64,000 bases of DNA from an uncultured virus (IMG/VR IMGVR_UViG_3300042516_003420) (taxonomy: Duplodnaviria > Heunggongvirae > Uroviricota > Caudoviricetes), in IMG/VR virus record IMGVR_UViG_3300042516_003420; one strand, written 5' to 3'. The notes beneath the pieces are model-generated. The model did not search any database and was not told where the DNA came from. It saw nothing but the letters and a program-made list of their open reading frames with translations. How positions within the stretch are numbered: position 1 is the stretch's first letter; each line of letters begins with the position of its first letter. Both the position numbers and the translations under genes were made by a program. Of the stretch, positions 8,451 through 16,051 are shown piece by piece.

Positions 8451-9250
8451 TAGAAAGGTGCCTCTTCAAGTTCAGGTGCAGAACCATACTGACCAGGCAG
8501 TTCAGGTAGACCTGCATTAACAGACCAGGGATCTGTATCCTCCTCTGCTTGACGCCCACCCCACAGAGGAGCAGGTGAGTCAGACGCAATTGTTGTAGAA
8601 GGTTTGATCTCTGCAGTAGATGTGGTATTCCCCTTGGGTGCAAGAGTCATCGACACCAATTGAATCTTGGTTTGAGACTTCTTCTCACCATTGGCATCCT
8701 TCCATGCATCAGTCACCAGCCTGCCCTGGATCGTAAGCCCAGTACCTTTCCTGGTGAAGTTAACCAGAAGTTCAGCGTTGTTCAGCTTATCTTCTGCTGT
8801 ATTGATGGCATAGAAGTTAAATAGATCTGCCTGATTCCTACCTGTATTAACAGATAGGGTTTGATTGCAGATCATCAACCCACCTTCCGTAGTTTTAAAC
8901 GCCCTGGCATCGTCCGTAGCAATGTCTTTAACGCAACGGCCGCCGAGGATGACGGTGTTAAGCATCGGGAACTGATCGTTGACCTGTACAACAGTGCCGC
9001 CATGGAGCGAGTGCGTTCTGCTTTCAAGGTCGAAGCGAAGCTTGGCGCCGTGAATGTAGATGTAGTTTCCCTTCTTAAGGCGAGAGAAACGTTCTGCATT
9101 CTTTCCATAGATGTTGAGATCGATTTGGGTTTGAGCTTTGTTACCAACAGGTGGCAGGATAACCGTGCAACGTGTGGCAGTAGAAGTTGCTGAGGTATAA
9201 ACCTCTCGCGGATCTTCGGACAGATACGCGTAAACGCAAGCAAAGTTCAT
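8450..9250 (-). CDS. ssb: Single-stranded DNA-binding protein with tandem OB folds
   Basis: Two SSB-like repeats (MNFA...LKKG..IYIHG and LNTVILGGR...RKGTGLTIQGRL...W); acidic tail ending EEAPF. Confidence 0.85.
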   Translation of the reverse strand: MNFACVYAYLSEDPREVYTSATSTATRCTVILPPVGNKAQTQIDLNIYGKNAERFSRLKKGNYIYIHGAKLRFDLESRTHSLHGGTVVQVNDQFPMLNTVILGGRCVKDIATDDARAFKTTEGGLMICNQTLSVNTGRNQADLFNFYAINTAEDKLNNAELLVNFTRKGTGLTIQGRLVTDAWKDANGEKKSQTKIQLVSMTLAPKGNTTSTAEIKPSTTIASDSPAPLWGGRQAEEDTDPWSVNAGLPELPGQYGSAPELEEAPF

Positions 9251-9270
9251 GTGTTCAGAAGGTAGGTGAA

Positions 9271-9297
9271 AGGCAGTTTAACGTCATACCTGGGACG
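9271..9297 (-). promoter_or_regulatory. H-type pseudoknot motif, copy 3 (upstream of ssb)
   Basis: CGTC-CC-AGGTA-T-GACG-TTAAAC-TGCCT. Confidence 0.8.
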
Positions 9298-9306
9298 AGC
9301 ATCGGA

Positions 9307-11166
9307 TTAGTGCGTCTCAGCCCAGGTGCTACCTACGCGTGAGTCGCCCTCAATCTTACAGCGGAATCCAAAAAATTCCTGCGCCTGTGGGAATGCACGC
9401 ATCGCCTGTTCCCTGACCACCTCGGTGAGTTCCTTAGGACAAGACAGTTGAATCTCATCGTGAATCATGGCGTGCTGAATCCAATCCTTGCCGTGCACCA
9501 AATCAAGTTCATCCAAATTCTTGTGGAGATTGATGACAACTTGTTTCATGATGAGTGCGCCTGCTGCTTGTAATAACAAATTCAATCCCTTGAATTCAGA
9601 TCGACAAAACAATGCACGCTGATCTAATCCCCTGAGATAACCACGGGATTGGATAGTCAGTCCAATGTTTTCTTTCAAGGCCTTAAGAGCAGGCACACCC
9701 TTCATGAATCCATTAATTGCAGAACTTCCCAGTTGACGCAGAACTTCTGGATCTTTTTCATTCGAATCAATGATTGTTCCAGCCTTGGTAGCGCCACATC
9801 CATAGAGCATCCCATAGAGCAAACGCTTGCTGATGTCCCTGGTCTCTACACCAAATTGCTCTTGGTTATAGGTATGGATATCAATGGAATCATCTGTTAC
9901 CAGCCGTGCGTATTCACCGTTATCCCAGACGGCAAGGTATCCGGCCAGGCAACGTAACTCAAGAGCCTTAGCATCGACCCCAATAAGGTCCCAATTATAA
10001 GGAGCGTGGAAAAGATTACGGCATTCCTTTCCATACGGGGAGTAAGATGCTGGGACTTGACCCATATTTGGATTGCGGTGTGCGCAGCGCCCGCTAATGC
10101 AACCGTTAGTAACCAAATCACCATGCATACAGAGGTCATCGTTGTTGACCAATTTAAGCCAAGCATTGTTTCCATCTGCAATTTGACCAAGGCGTTTCTT
10201 GACCAACATGTATTCAGCTAAGGGTCCTGCTTCGGCGTAGGGCAAAGCCGCGAGTATATCGTCATCAAGTATTGGATTTCCTTTCTCCGTTGTTTTGTCA
10301 GGCGTCCACCCGTACTTTTGTTTAAGTCGGTCTGCAATCTGAGTACGAGATCCCGGATTGAATTCCTCAAAGCGAACCTTCGTAAAGGGCTGACCTTTAA
10401 CATAGCCACGGGTTTTGTTATTGACCTTAGGGATAAAGGTATCTTCGTGCCGTATAGGCGGAAACAATTCCTTTAGGCTGACCTCCAGTTCCGCTTGCCT
10501 TGTTCTAAGGACATCCACAAGATCAAGGCATGCATCAATATCAAAAGGAAAACCTGCTCGAATTTGTCGGTTAACCGCCAGGGCAAAGTCATGTTCAAGC
10601 TTGAGCGCAGGACCTGGGTATTCCTGTGACGCAATGAAACGCCAGAGCTTGAGGGTGACCTGAACATCTTGGACGCAGTAGTCCAGCATCTCTTGAGAAT
10701 ATTTGGAGAAGTCCTTGAAGTCGATCTTATGATCGGCCAAGCGCCATCCCCAGGCCTTGAGAGAAGCTGTACCTCGGTTCTTCTTTGGAACCTGCGGATA
10801 TTGTTCATCGTCCAGTTCCTCCAATACTTCCTTGGGCCAGATCAATCTGGTGCAAATCAGTGTGTCGATAATGCATGATTTGCTGTCAAATGAATGTAGT
10901 TTTTGCAGAACTGGTAGGTCATAAAAAATTATGTTGTGGCCAATGAGTACATCAGCGGTTGCCAGATGAGCAAGAGCAGCATCAATACGATCAGGCCCGT
11001 AGCTAAAAGTTTTTGCTCGTGTAATGTCATGGATGACAATGCAAAAAATTTCCGTAACTTTGTCATACAACCCATCCGATTCAAGGTCAAAAATCAACCA
11101 TGTTTCATTTTCTGAAACGGGCTTCATCTTGAATTGAGAGTTCTTCACGGGAAAGTTGTTTGTCAT
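9307..11166 (-). CDS. DNA polymerase family A (T7 gp5-like) with 3'-5' exonuclease
   Basis: ExoI FDLESDG, ExoII GHNIIFYD, ExoIII YCVQDV; motif A DAKALELR, motif B RDISKRLLYGMLYG, motif C HDEIQ. Confidence 0.96.
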   Translation of the reverse strand: MTNNFPVKNSQFKMKPVSENETWLIFDLESDGLYDKVTEIFCIVIHDITRAKTFSYGPDRIDAALAHLATADVLIGHNIIFYDLPVLQKLHSFDSKSCIIDTLICTRLIWPKEVLEELDDEQYPQVPKKNRGTASLKAWGWRLADHKIDFKDFSKYSQEMLDYCVQDVQVTLKLWRFIASQEYPGPALKLEHDFALAVNRQIRAGFPFDIDACLDLVDVLRTRQAELEVSLKELFPPIRHEDTFIPKVNNKTRGYVKGQPFTKVRFEEFNPGSRTQIADRLKQKYGWTPDKTTEKGNPILDDDILAALPYAEAGPLAEYMLVKKRLGQIADGNNAWLKLVNNDDLCMHGDLVTNGCISGRCAHRNPNMGQVPASYSPYGKECRNLFHAPYNWDLIGVDAKALELRCLAGYLAVWDNGEYARLVTDDSIDIHTYNQEQFGVETRDISKRLLYGMLYGCGATKAGTIIDSNEKDPEVLRQLGSSAINGFMKGVPALKALKENIGLTIQSRGYLRGLDQRALFCRSEFKGLNLLLQAAGALIMKQVVINLHKNLDELDLVHGKDWIQHAMIHDEIQLSCPKELTEVVREQAMRAFPQAQEFFGFRCKIEGDSRVGSTWAETH

Positions 11167-11338
11167 TGCTGTTAATCCACGCCAAGATCGATTGAGCACC
11201 AGCCCGGTAAGGATGGGAGAAGATCTTGTTTAAAGCTACTTCTGAATCTAGCGGAATCAACAGAAATTTATTTGTTTGAGGGCAAGCTGTAATGGCGTGT
11301 GGCTTACCCTCGCGCCAAGCTGCAATGACGTAAGACAT
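11105..11338 (-). CDS. Hypothetical protein
   Basis: Start MSYVIAAW; overlaps the polymerase 5' end. Confidence 0.6.
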   Translation of the reverse strand: MSYVIAAWREGKPHAITACPQTNKFLLIPLDSEVALNKIFSHPYRAGAQSILAWINSNDKQLSREELSIQDEARFRK

Positions 11339-11394
11339 AAAAGAAATGAAAGACGGACAGATGATATCCGATCCGTCTACATTTGCAAGTGCCT

Positions 11395-12162
11395 TCAAGA
11401 TTTATGTGGATTTGATTTGCCGTATCCCACAAATCCACCTTCCTTCTTGCGTTGAGTCACAGCTTTCATCGCATCAGACCCAGCCCGCTGGCTGCCGTGC
11501 ACCAGGAGTGCAAATGGTTTGTCACCCAAGCAATGGCTGTCATCATGATCAATCTCAAGACCTAGGTCTGCCGCTTGCTCTTCTGTGTAAACAACGTAAG
11601 CTACCCGCTGGAATACATCGGGATACTTGGGAATCAAGTAATCAAGCGTCCCACCGCAAGATGCGGTGAGATAAAAGTTGGATGGGATCTGATCACGCAA
11701 GTTGTACCACATGCCAAGGGACTTGGTGTATGCGTAGAACTTTTGCTTGGGGCGCAGGGCAGCAACCATCAACCAAGCCTTCATGTAGTTCTCAGTCCAG
11801 AAATCACCAGACTCATGGACACGCACCAGTTCCTTAGGCGGTTGCATGGTGAGTGATAGATCAAGCAGACCACGCAGCAACATGGCCTGGTTGCCGTTGG
11901 AATGGATGACCTCACGAATGAGATCCCAGTTATGCCAACGAGCTTCTCGCACGTTAGGACGCACCTCTGCCATGGCAGCAAAGCAACGGAACTCATCAGC
12001 CTGTGTGCCTGTGTACTGAGGCAGGTCAGTGATCAATCCTGTAACGCGGTCAGCAAATGTTTTGCACACACCAGCGTGAGGGCAGGAGTGACCAGCTGGC
12101 AAGGAGAAGATCAAACGATTCTTGAGCTTGCCGTTGCCGGTAGAAAACTTGAGGAGTTTCAT
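11395..12162 (-). CDS. Phage GP88-family protein (Cys-cluster, radical-SAM-like)
   Basis: GNGKL...FSLPAGHSCP.AG.C...CFA; RVHESGDF; YAYTKS. Confidence 0.75.
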   Translation of the reverse strand: MKLLKFSTGNGKLKNRLIFSLPAGHSCPHAGVCKTFADRVTGLITDLPQYTGTQADEFRCFAAMAEVRPNVREARWHNWDLIREVIHSNGNQAMLLRGLLDLSLTMQPPKELVRVHESGDFWTENYMKAWLMVAALRPKQKFYAYTKSLGMWYNLRDQIPSNFYLTASCGGTLDYLIPKYPDVFQRVAYVVYTEEQAADLGLEIDHDDSHCLGDKPFALLVHGSQRAGSDAMKAVTQRKKEGGFVGYGKSNPHKS

Positions 12163-12197
12163 GGTGTTGAATTGAGTTGAATGATAAGCGTAGCTTA

Positions 12198-12225
12198 TGG
12201 ATAAGTTTAAGGACATTCCAGGTCC
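12198..12225 (-). promoter_or_regulatory. H-type pseudoknot motif, copy 4
   Basis: GGAC-C-TGGAA-T-GTCC-TTAAAC-TTATCCA. Confidence 0.7.
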
Positions 12226-12229
12226 AGCA

Positions 12230-12400
12230 ATGAAGACCAAGGATCCTGTACACAGGTATTAAGCAAGGGTCGGCCCTTACTCCTCGGTTTGCTTCATCGT
12301 TGAATCAACGCACAGCTTCCACTCTGTGCATTGACGGAATCCGCAACTGACGCTGAAATCAGTTGCTTGGAACTCGTGGCCACGAGTGGTCTGCAGAACC
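12230..12400 (-). ncRNA. Candidate structured ncRNA or long 5' leader
   Basis: Consecutive hairpins downstream of a TATACT -10 box; no convincing ORF. Confidence 0.5.
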
Positions 12401-12417
12401 AAAGCAAGTATAGAAGA

Positions 12418-12714
12418 TCAAAGGATCGTCGTGGATCCTTGGAACTTCTCACGGCTTATCCGTAATGTGATCTGGTCCCCGTGGTCTGGAACCTCGTTAG
12501 GTCCCTGGTGGACCAACAGCTCCCAGATTGTTTCATTGATTTGCATGAGCTTTCGACAATACTCAAGAATAAGTTTGTCCTTATCTTGACCAGGCTTATA
12601 GGTCAAGACCTTCTTGGAAATTCCAAATGGAACATCCTCTTCATCTTTGGTGTAGCAAGCAATCCAGTATTGAGATGTTTTGATTGGTTGCTTTGAATCA
12701 ACAAAACCTTTCAT
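12418..12714 (-). CDS. Hypothetical protein
   Basis: 98 aa ORF. Confidence 0.65.
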   Translation of the reverse strand: MKGFVDSKQPIKTSQYWIACYTKDEEDVPFGISKKVLTYKPGQDKDKLILEYCRKLMQINETIWELLVHQGPNEVPDHGDQITLRISREKFQGSTTIL

Positions 12715-12898
12715 CGTGTTAAGGTCTTTAAGTCCTATTCAAATCATGGGGCGTTACCCGTGTTCAGACACGGTTAGGACTTGGCCTCGTGAAGCCTTGT
12801 CTGTTCTGAAGCAAAGGTAGGCCGTGGTTCCACACACGACCTACTTGTTGTGTTACAGCATGAACGACATCATATACATCAGTTGTCATATAGTTTCC

Positions 12899-12912
12899 GT
12901 ATCAATAGATAC
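12899..12912. promoter_or_regulatory. Putative NtcA binding site
   Basis: GTATCAATAGATAC fits GTA-N8-TAC, with palindromic GTATC/GATAC arms. Confidence 0.55.
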
Positions 12913-12918
12913 AGACTA

Positions 12919-13071
12919 ATGACCCTGACATATCGGGGTTGCAAGTACGAACAAGCAACCCAAGCCAAGGCAGATCGCGATTGGTGGAACCTAGCACACC
13001 GCCCGTGGCTCGTGCTGATGTACCGTAGCGTTTGCTACTTTCCATTCGTCACTGGAGGCCAGATCAAATGA
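12919..13071 (+). CDS. DUF4278-like small protein
   Basis: MTLTYRGCKY and a second LMYRSVCY repeat. Confidence 0.75.
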   Translation: MTLTYRGCKYEQATQAKADRDWWNLAHRPWLVLMYRSVCYFPFVTGGQIK

Positions 13072-13184
13072 AGCCAGCACTGATCGTTTACTTGGTGAAT
13101 ACCAAGAAGAAGTTGGCACGCAAGGATGTGGAATCCAAGCATGCCATCAAGGAATTAAAAAAACAATACACCGCGACCTTCTGA
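13068..13184 (+). CDS. Small basic protein (38 aa, not in ORF track)
   Basis: ATGA overlap with the DUF4278 stop; MKPALIVYLVNTKKKLARK... Confidence 0.5.
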   Translation: MKPALIVYLVNTKKKLARKDVESKHAIKELKKQYTATF

Positions 13185-13330
13185 TCGCCACTCATCGACT
13201 GGATCCCCTGGTTGCTCCAGGGGTTTTTGGTATGGAGGCATCAGGTCACCATTGGCATCAATGATTCCTGCATTCATCAGGAACTGACGGGCCTGCTCTG
13301 GTTCGCTGTACCTCTCGATCAGATCATTGA
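13155..13330 (-). CDS. Hypothetical protein (start uncertain)
   Basis: ...ARQFLMNAGIIDANGDLMPPY... downstream of thyX. Confidence 0.5.
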
Positions 13331-14001
13331 TCTGCTGAGAACACAGCTTCTCCGATGACAGGGAATTGCTTGCAGAAGATTCCTTTGATTGCTTCTGCAA
13401 TCTCTCGGTGTTCGAGTTGAGTTCCTGGGTCACAGCGGAGTTGGAGATAATGGATCCATGAACGGAGTGTACCATTCATGTAAAGGCGGGTTGGTGTCGC
13501 AAGAGGCAGAATAAAACGTGCTGACTCCTTGGCAATCCCTTCACTCAGCATCTCTTGATATAGATGCTTGGAATCTTCCAGGAGTGTGGACATGCGACGG
13601 TAGAGATTAGCAAGTTTCTCACCACCAAGACGTTCTTTGAGATCGTCGTTGGAGTTCTGCCTGTTCTTGAAATCCTGGCTACGCAAATGAGGCAGGATGA
13701 TACTACCTACATCCCGGATGTCTGCATAACGCTGACTAAATTCCTGGAATGAGAATGACCTATGACGCAAGATCTGGGGTGAGATTGCACGCGTTGTTTC
13801 AATCTCCACGCACATGTTGGCCATCTCAAATGGTGACCAATGCTTGTGCTTGATCAGATACTGCAACAACCGTGGAGCTGTGTCCATGTTGTCCTGGTTC
13901 TTTGGAGCAGAGACCCTTGCCATTTTGACAATGAGTTCTTCTGCATTTGGTGTTACCCAGATCAATTGAACTGTCATTTCAGCTGTGGTTAGATTTCCCA
14001 A
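13324..14001 (-). CDS. thyX: FAD-dependent thymidylate synthase
   Basis: HWSPFE, QILRHRSFSFQEFSQRY, ESARFILP, LR...TQLEHR. Confidence 0.97.
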   Translation of the reverse strand: MGNLTTAEMTVQLIWVTPNAEELIVKMARVSAPKNQDNMDTAPRLLQYLIKHKHWSPFEMANMCVEIETTRAISPQILRHRSFSFQEFSQRYADIRDVGSIILPHLRSQDFKNRQNSNDDLKERLGGEKLANLYRRMSTLLEDSKHLYQEMLSEGIAKESARFILPLATPTRLYMNGTLRSWIHYLQLRCDPGTQLEHREIAEAIKGIFCKQFPVIGEAVFSADQ

Positions 14002-14246
14002 TCATAGTTATAGCGGATATCATTTTCACCTTTAACGGCTTGCTCAACAAGCCATTCAACAACATCTTCAGCGGTGTAGTTACGCCTAACAAAATTGTTA
14101 TTCTCTTCGGTAAGAATACGTTCTGCAATTAAACGCATAAACTTACCATACTTTTTACCTGGATTAGAGTTCCACCCTTCATCCAGATGTTTCATTTCAA
14201 TCCATAGAGGACGTGTAAATTCATCCATGTCATTCACCTGGAACAA
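13989..14246 (-). CDS. Hypothetical protein
   Basis: ORF in operon. Confidence 0.6.
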   Translation of the reverse strand: MFQVNDMDEFTRPLWIEMKHLDEGWNSNPGKKYGKFMRLIAERILTEENNNFVRRNYTAEDVVEWLVEQAVKGENDIRYNYDWEI

Positions 14247-14523
14247 TAACTTCTCTACTTAGTTTAGCTAAGTCATCTATAGGACAGATCCTGCATTGCG
14301 CATGTTCGGTAGGAGTTTGCAGGTGATCCCACAGGATGTGCAGTAGCTTTTGCTTTGCACCACGAGATGTAGTCTTCTCGCTAAAGCCAACAACAGTGCC
14401 GTACCGTTGACTGCGGTATTGTGCAATCCGTTCTTGAACTTCCTTGCGCACTGCCATAAGGCCATGCGTCTTGGGACGTTCAGCTACACGATCACCAATC
14501 CCATAGATTGCTTTGCTTTTCAT
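14230..14523 (-). CDS. Hypothetical protein (SH3/KOW-like)
   Basis: IGDRVAE...YGTVVG...HILWD. Confidence 0.6.
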   Translation of the reverse strand: MKSKAIYGIGDRVAERPKTHGLMAVRKEVQERIAQYRSQRYGTVVGFSEKTTSRGAKQKLLHILWDHLQTPTEHAQCRICPIDDLAKLSREVIVPGE

Positions 14524-14858
14524 TTGATGTTGGAGTAAGTTTTGTAGTTGATGATGCGAGAAATTGTACTGCGATTCTGATTGAATCGAATGGCAAGCTG
14601 CCCATTGCTTAATCCCTGTTGATGTAGATGACGGATCATCAATACATCACGTTCTGTCAGTGTCGACATGGGATGATCGCATCCCTCCTTGGGAGAAAAG
14701 TCAGCGGGCATCTTGGGCTTAGGTACTTCATACCGTTCAACAGTACGAAACTTAGAGCCACAATCCAGACATCTACAGTATCGTTTAACAACTTCAGGAT
14801 GAATTTTATCTGTACATGTTACTCGCGTGTTGAAGCTATTGCATGAACGGCAATTCAT
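14520..14858 (-). CDS. Zinc-ribbon (NrdR/Ogr-like) plus HTH DNA-binding protein
   Basis: MNCRSC...RYCRCLDCGSKFRTVE; C-terminal LAIRFNQNRSTISRII. Confidence 0.75.
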   Translation of the reverse strand: MNCRSCNSFNTRVTCTDKIHPEVVKRYCRCLDCGSKFRTVERYEVPKPKMPADFSPKEGCDHPMSTLTERDVLMIRHLHQQGLSNGQLAIRFNQNRSTISRIINYKTYSNIK

Positions 14859-15271
14859 TCTGGATCAATAGAACTCGGAGCGCTATCAGTAGATTCTTCC
14901 TCTTCACGTTTTGCCTTGGGACCAGGAATTTTATCTAGCTGTAAACTATCAAGAATATACAATGCACTCTCCTGACCTTTGATACGCATCAGGTCAGGGA
15001 TTAGTTCCATTGGATTCTGAATGTAGTAATCTGTGAGATACAGTTCGCACATTCGGAACATTGTATCCATTGGAAGTTCATCCACAATATTGGCAACCGT
15101 TGCATCCAATACAGCAGGCCAAGTGTGGCGAGGTACAAGATCACAGATCTTTAGGACAAGTTCCATATCCACATCTTCAGGTGTGGGAATGTCTTGCTCT
15201 GATGTTTCTTGATGCACCTGAGGGAGTTGAGCTTCTTGTTGTTCAGTCATGTGATCAGGGTTTAGTTTCAT
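14855..15271 (-). CDS. Hypothetical protein
   Basis: 138 aa ORF. Confidence 0.65.
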   Translation of the reverse strand: MKLNPDHMTEQQEAQLPQVHQETSEQDIPTPEDVDMELVLKICDLVPRHTWPAVLDATVANIVDELPMDTMFRMCELYLTDYYIQNPMELIPDLMRIKGQESALYILDSLQLDKIPGPKAKREEEESTDSAPSSIDPE

Positions 15272-15318
15272 GAGAAGTAGCCCCTGCCAAAACAGGGGCC
15301 AGACATTCCGTAGGAATA

Positions 15319-15681
15319 TTACGCAGGTTGTGCGCTGGTGTCTACTACTTCATCCATCAGTCCTGATTCTTTGAGCCGATCCAACATGCCGCACATGATG
15401 GTGGCATGGGCATGGGTTTGTTCCATGAACATCTTGGCTCGGTCTGCGGACATGACATGGGTACGTCCGCAGGGTTCCACATACTTCCAGCTGCCATCAG
15501 GCTGGGGATCACCCTGGAGGGCAAGACGCTCTGAGTTTCGAACGTACCGTAGTTCGAGGTTGTGATAGTCCTTAAGGCCGTCAGCCGCTGTCCAGGTTGC
15601 TCCAATGTTGTACCTCTGATCATCGTCAGAGTAAGCGTGGAATTCAGGAATGAGGTTGGCAAATGCAGCTAGGAATTGCAT
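15319..15681 (-). CDS. Hypothetical protein
   Basis: 120 aa ORF directly after tRNA-Leu. Confidence 0.7.
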   Translation of the reverse strand: MQFLAAFANLIPEFHAYSDDDQRYNIGATWTAADGLKDYHNLELRYVRNSERLALQGDPQPDGSWKYVEPCGRTHVMSADRAKMFMEQTHAHATIMCGMLDRLKESGLMDEVVDTSAQPA

Positions 15682-15704
15682 GATTGTAATGAATTGAAGG
15701 TGGG

Positions 15705-15790
15705 TGGTAGGGACGGCGGGACTTGAACCCGCAAGGCCAATGGCCGACGCATTTTAAGTGCGTTACGTATACCTATTCCGTCACGTCCCC
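15705..15790 (-). tRNA. tRNA-Leu(UAA), intronless, CCA encoded
   Basis: GGGGACG/CGTCCCT-ACCA; anticodon arm ACGCA-CTTAAAA-TGCGT; long variable arm GGCC-ATT-GGCC; T loop GGTTCAAGTCC. Confidence 0.95.
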
Positions 15791-16000
15791 ATCACTTGGA
15801 CTTACCTCTACATCAATGGATGTTGAGTGCCAAGTGTGATCATGAGGCAATGGCTCAGTGCCATAGCTCCATGTATCGTAGTCATCCTCATTACGAGGAT
15901 CTTCATCAATCAGAATGTACTGCGGTGAATTGTCGTGGATGTATTCACCAATGTTAGCCATGGCCATGGCAAGCAGTTGGTCATCGGTGTAGTCAGTCAT
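15773..16000 (-). CDS. Hypothetical acidic protein (stop lies inside tRNA-Leu)
   Basis: 75 aa ORF. Confidence 0.6.
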   Translation of the reverse strand: MTDYTDDQLLAMAMANIGEYIHDNSPQYILIDEDPRNEDDYDTWSYGTEPLPHDHTWHSTSIDVEVSPSDGDVTE

Positions 16001-16051
16001 TGGTAGAAACCAGCCCTAGTATCGAGGCTAAGGCTGGTAAACCGTGCGGGC

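Noticed and set aside
12850..12918. Glutamine riboswitch upstream of the DUF4278 gene
   Set aside because: No recognisable plus-strand CGTTCA...GGAACG architecture; the CGTTCA seen is on the opposite strand.
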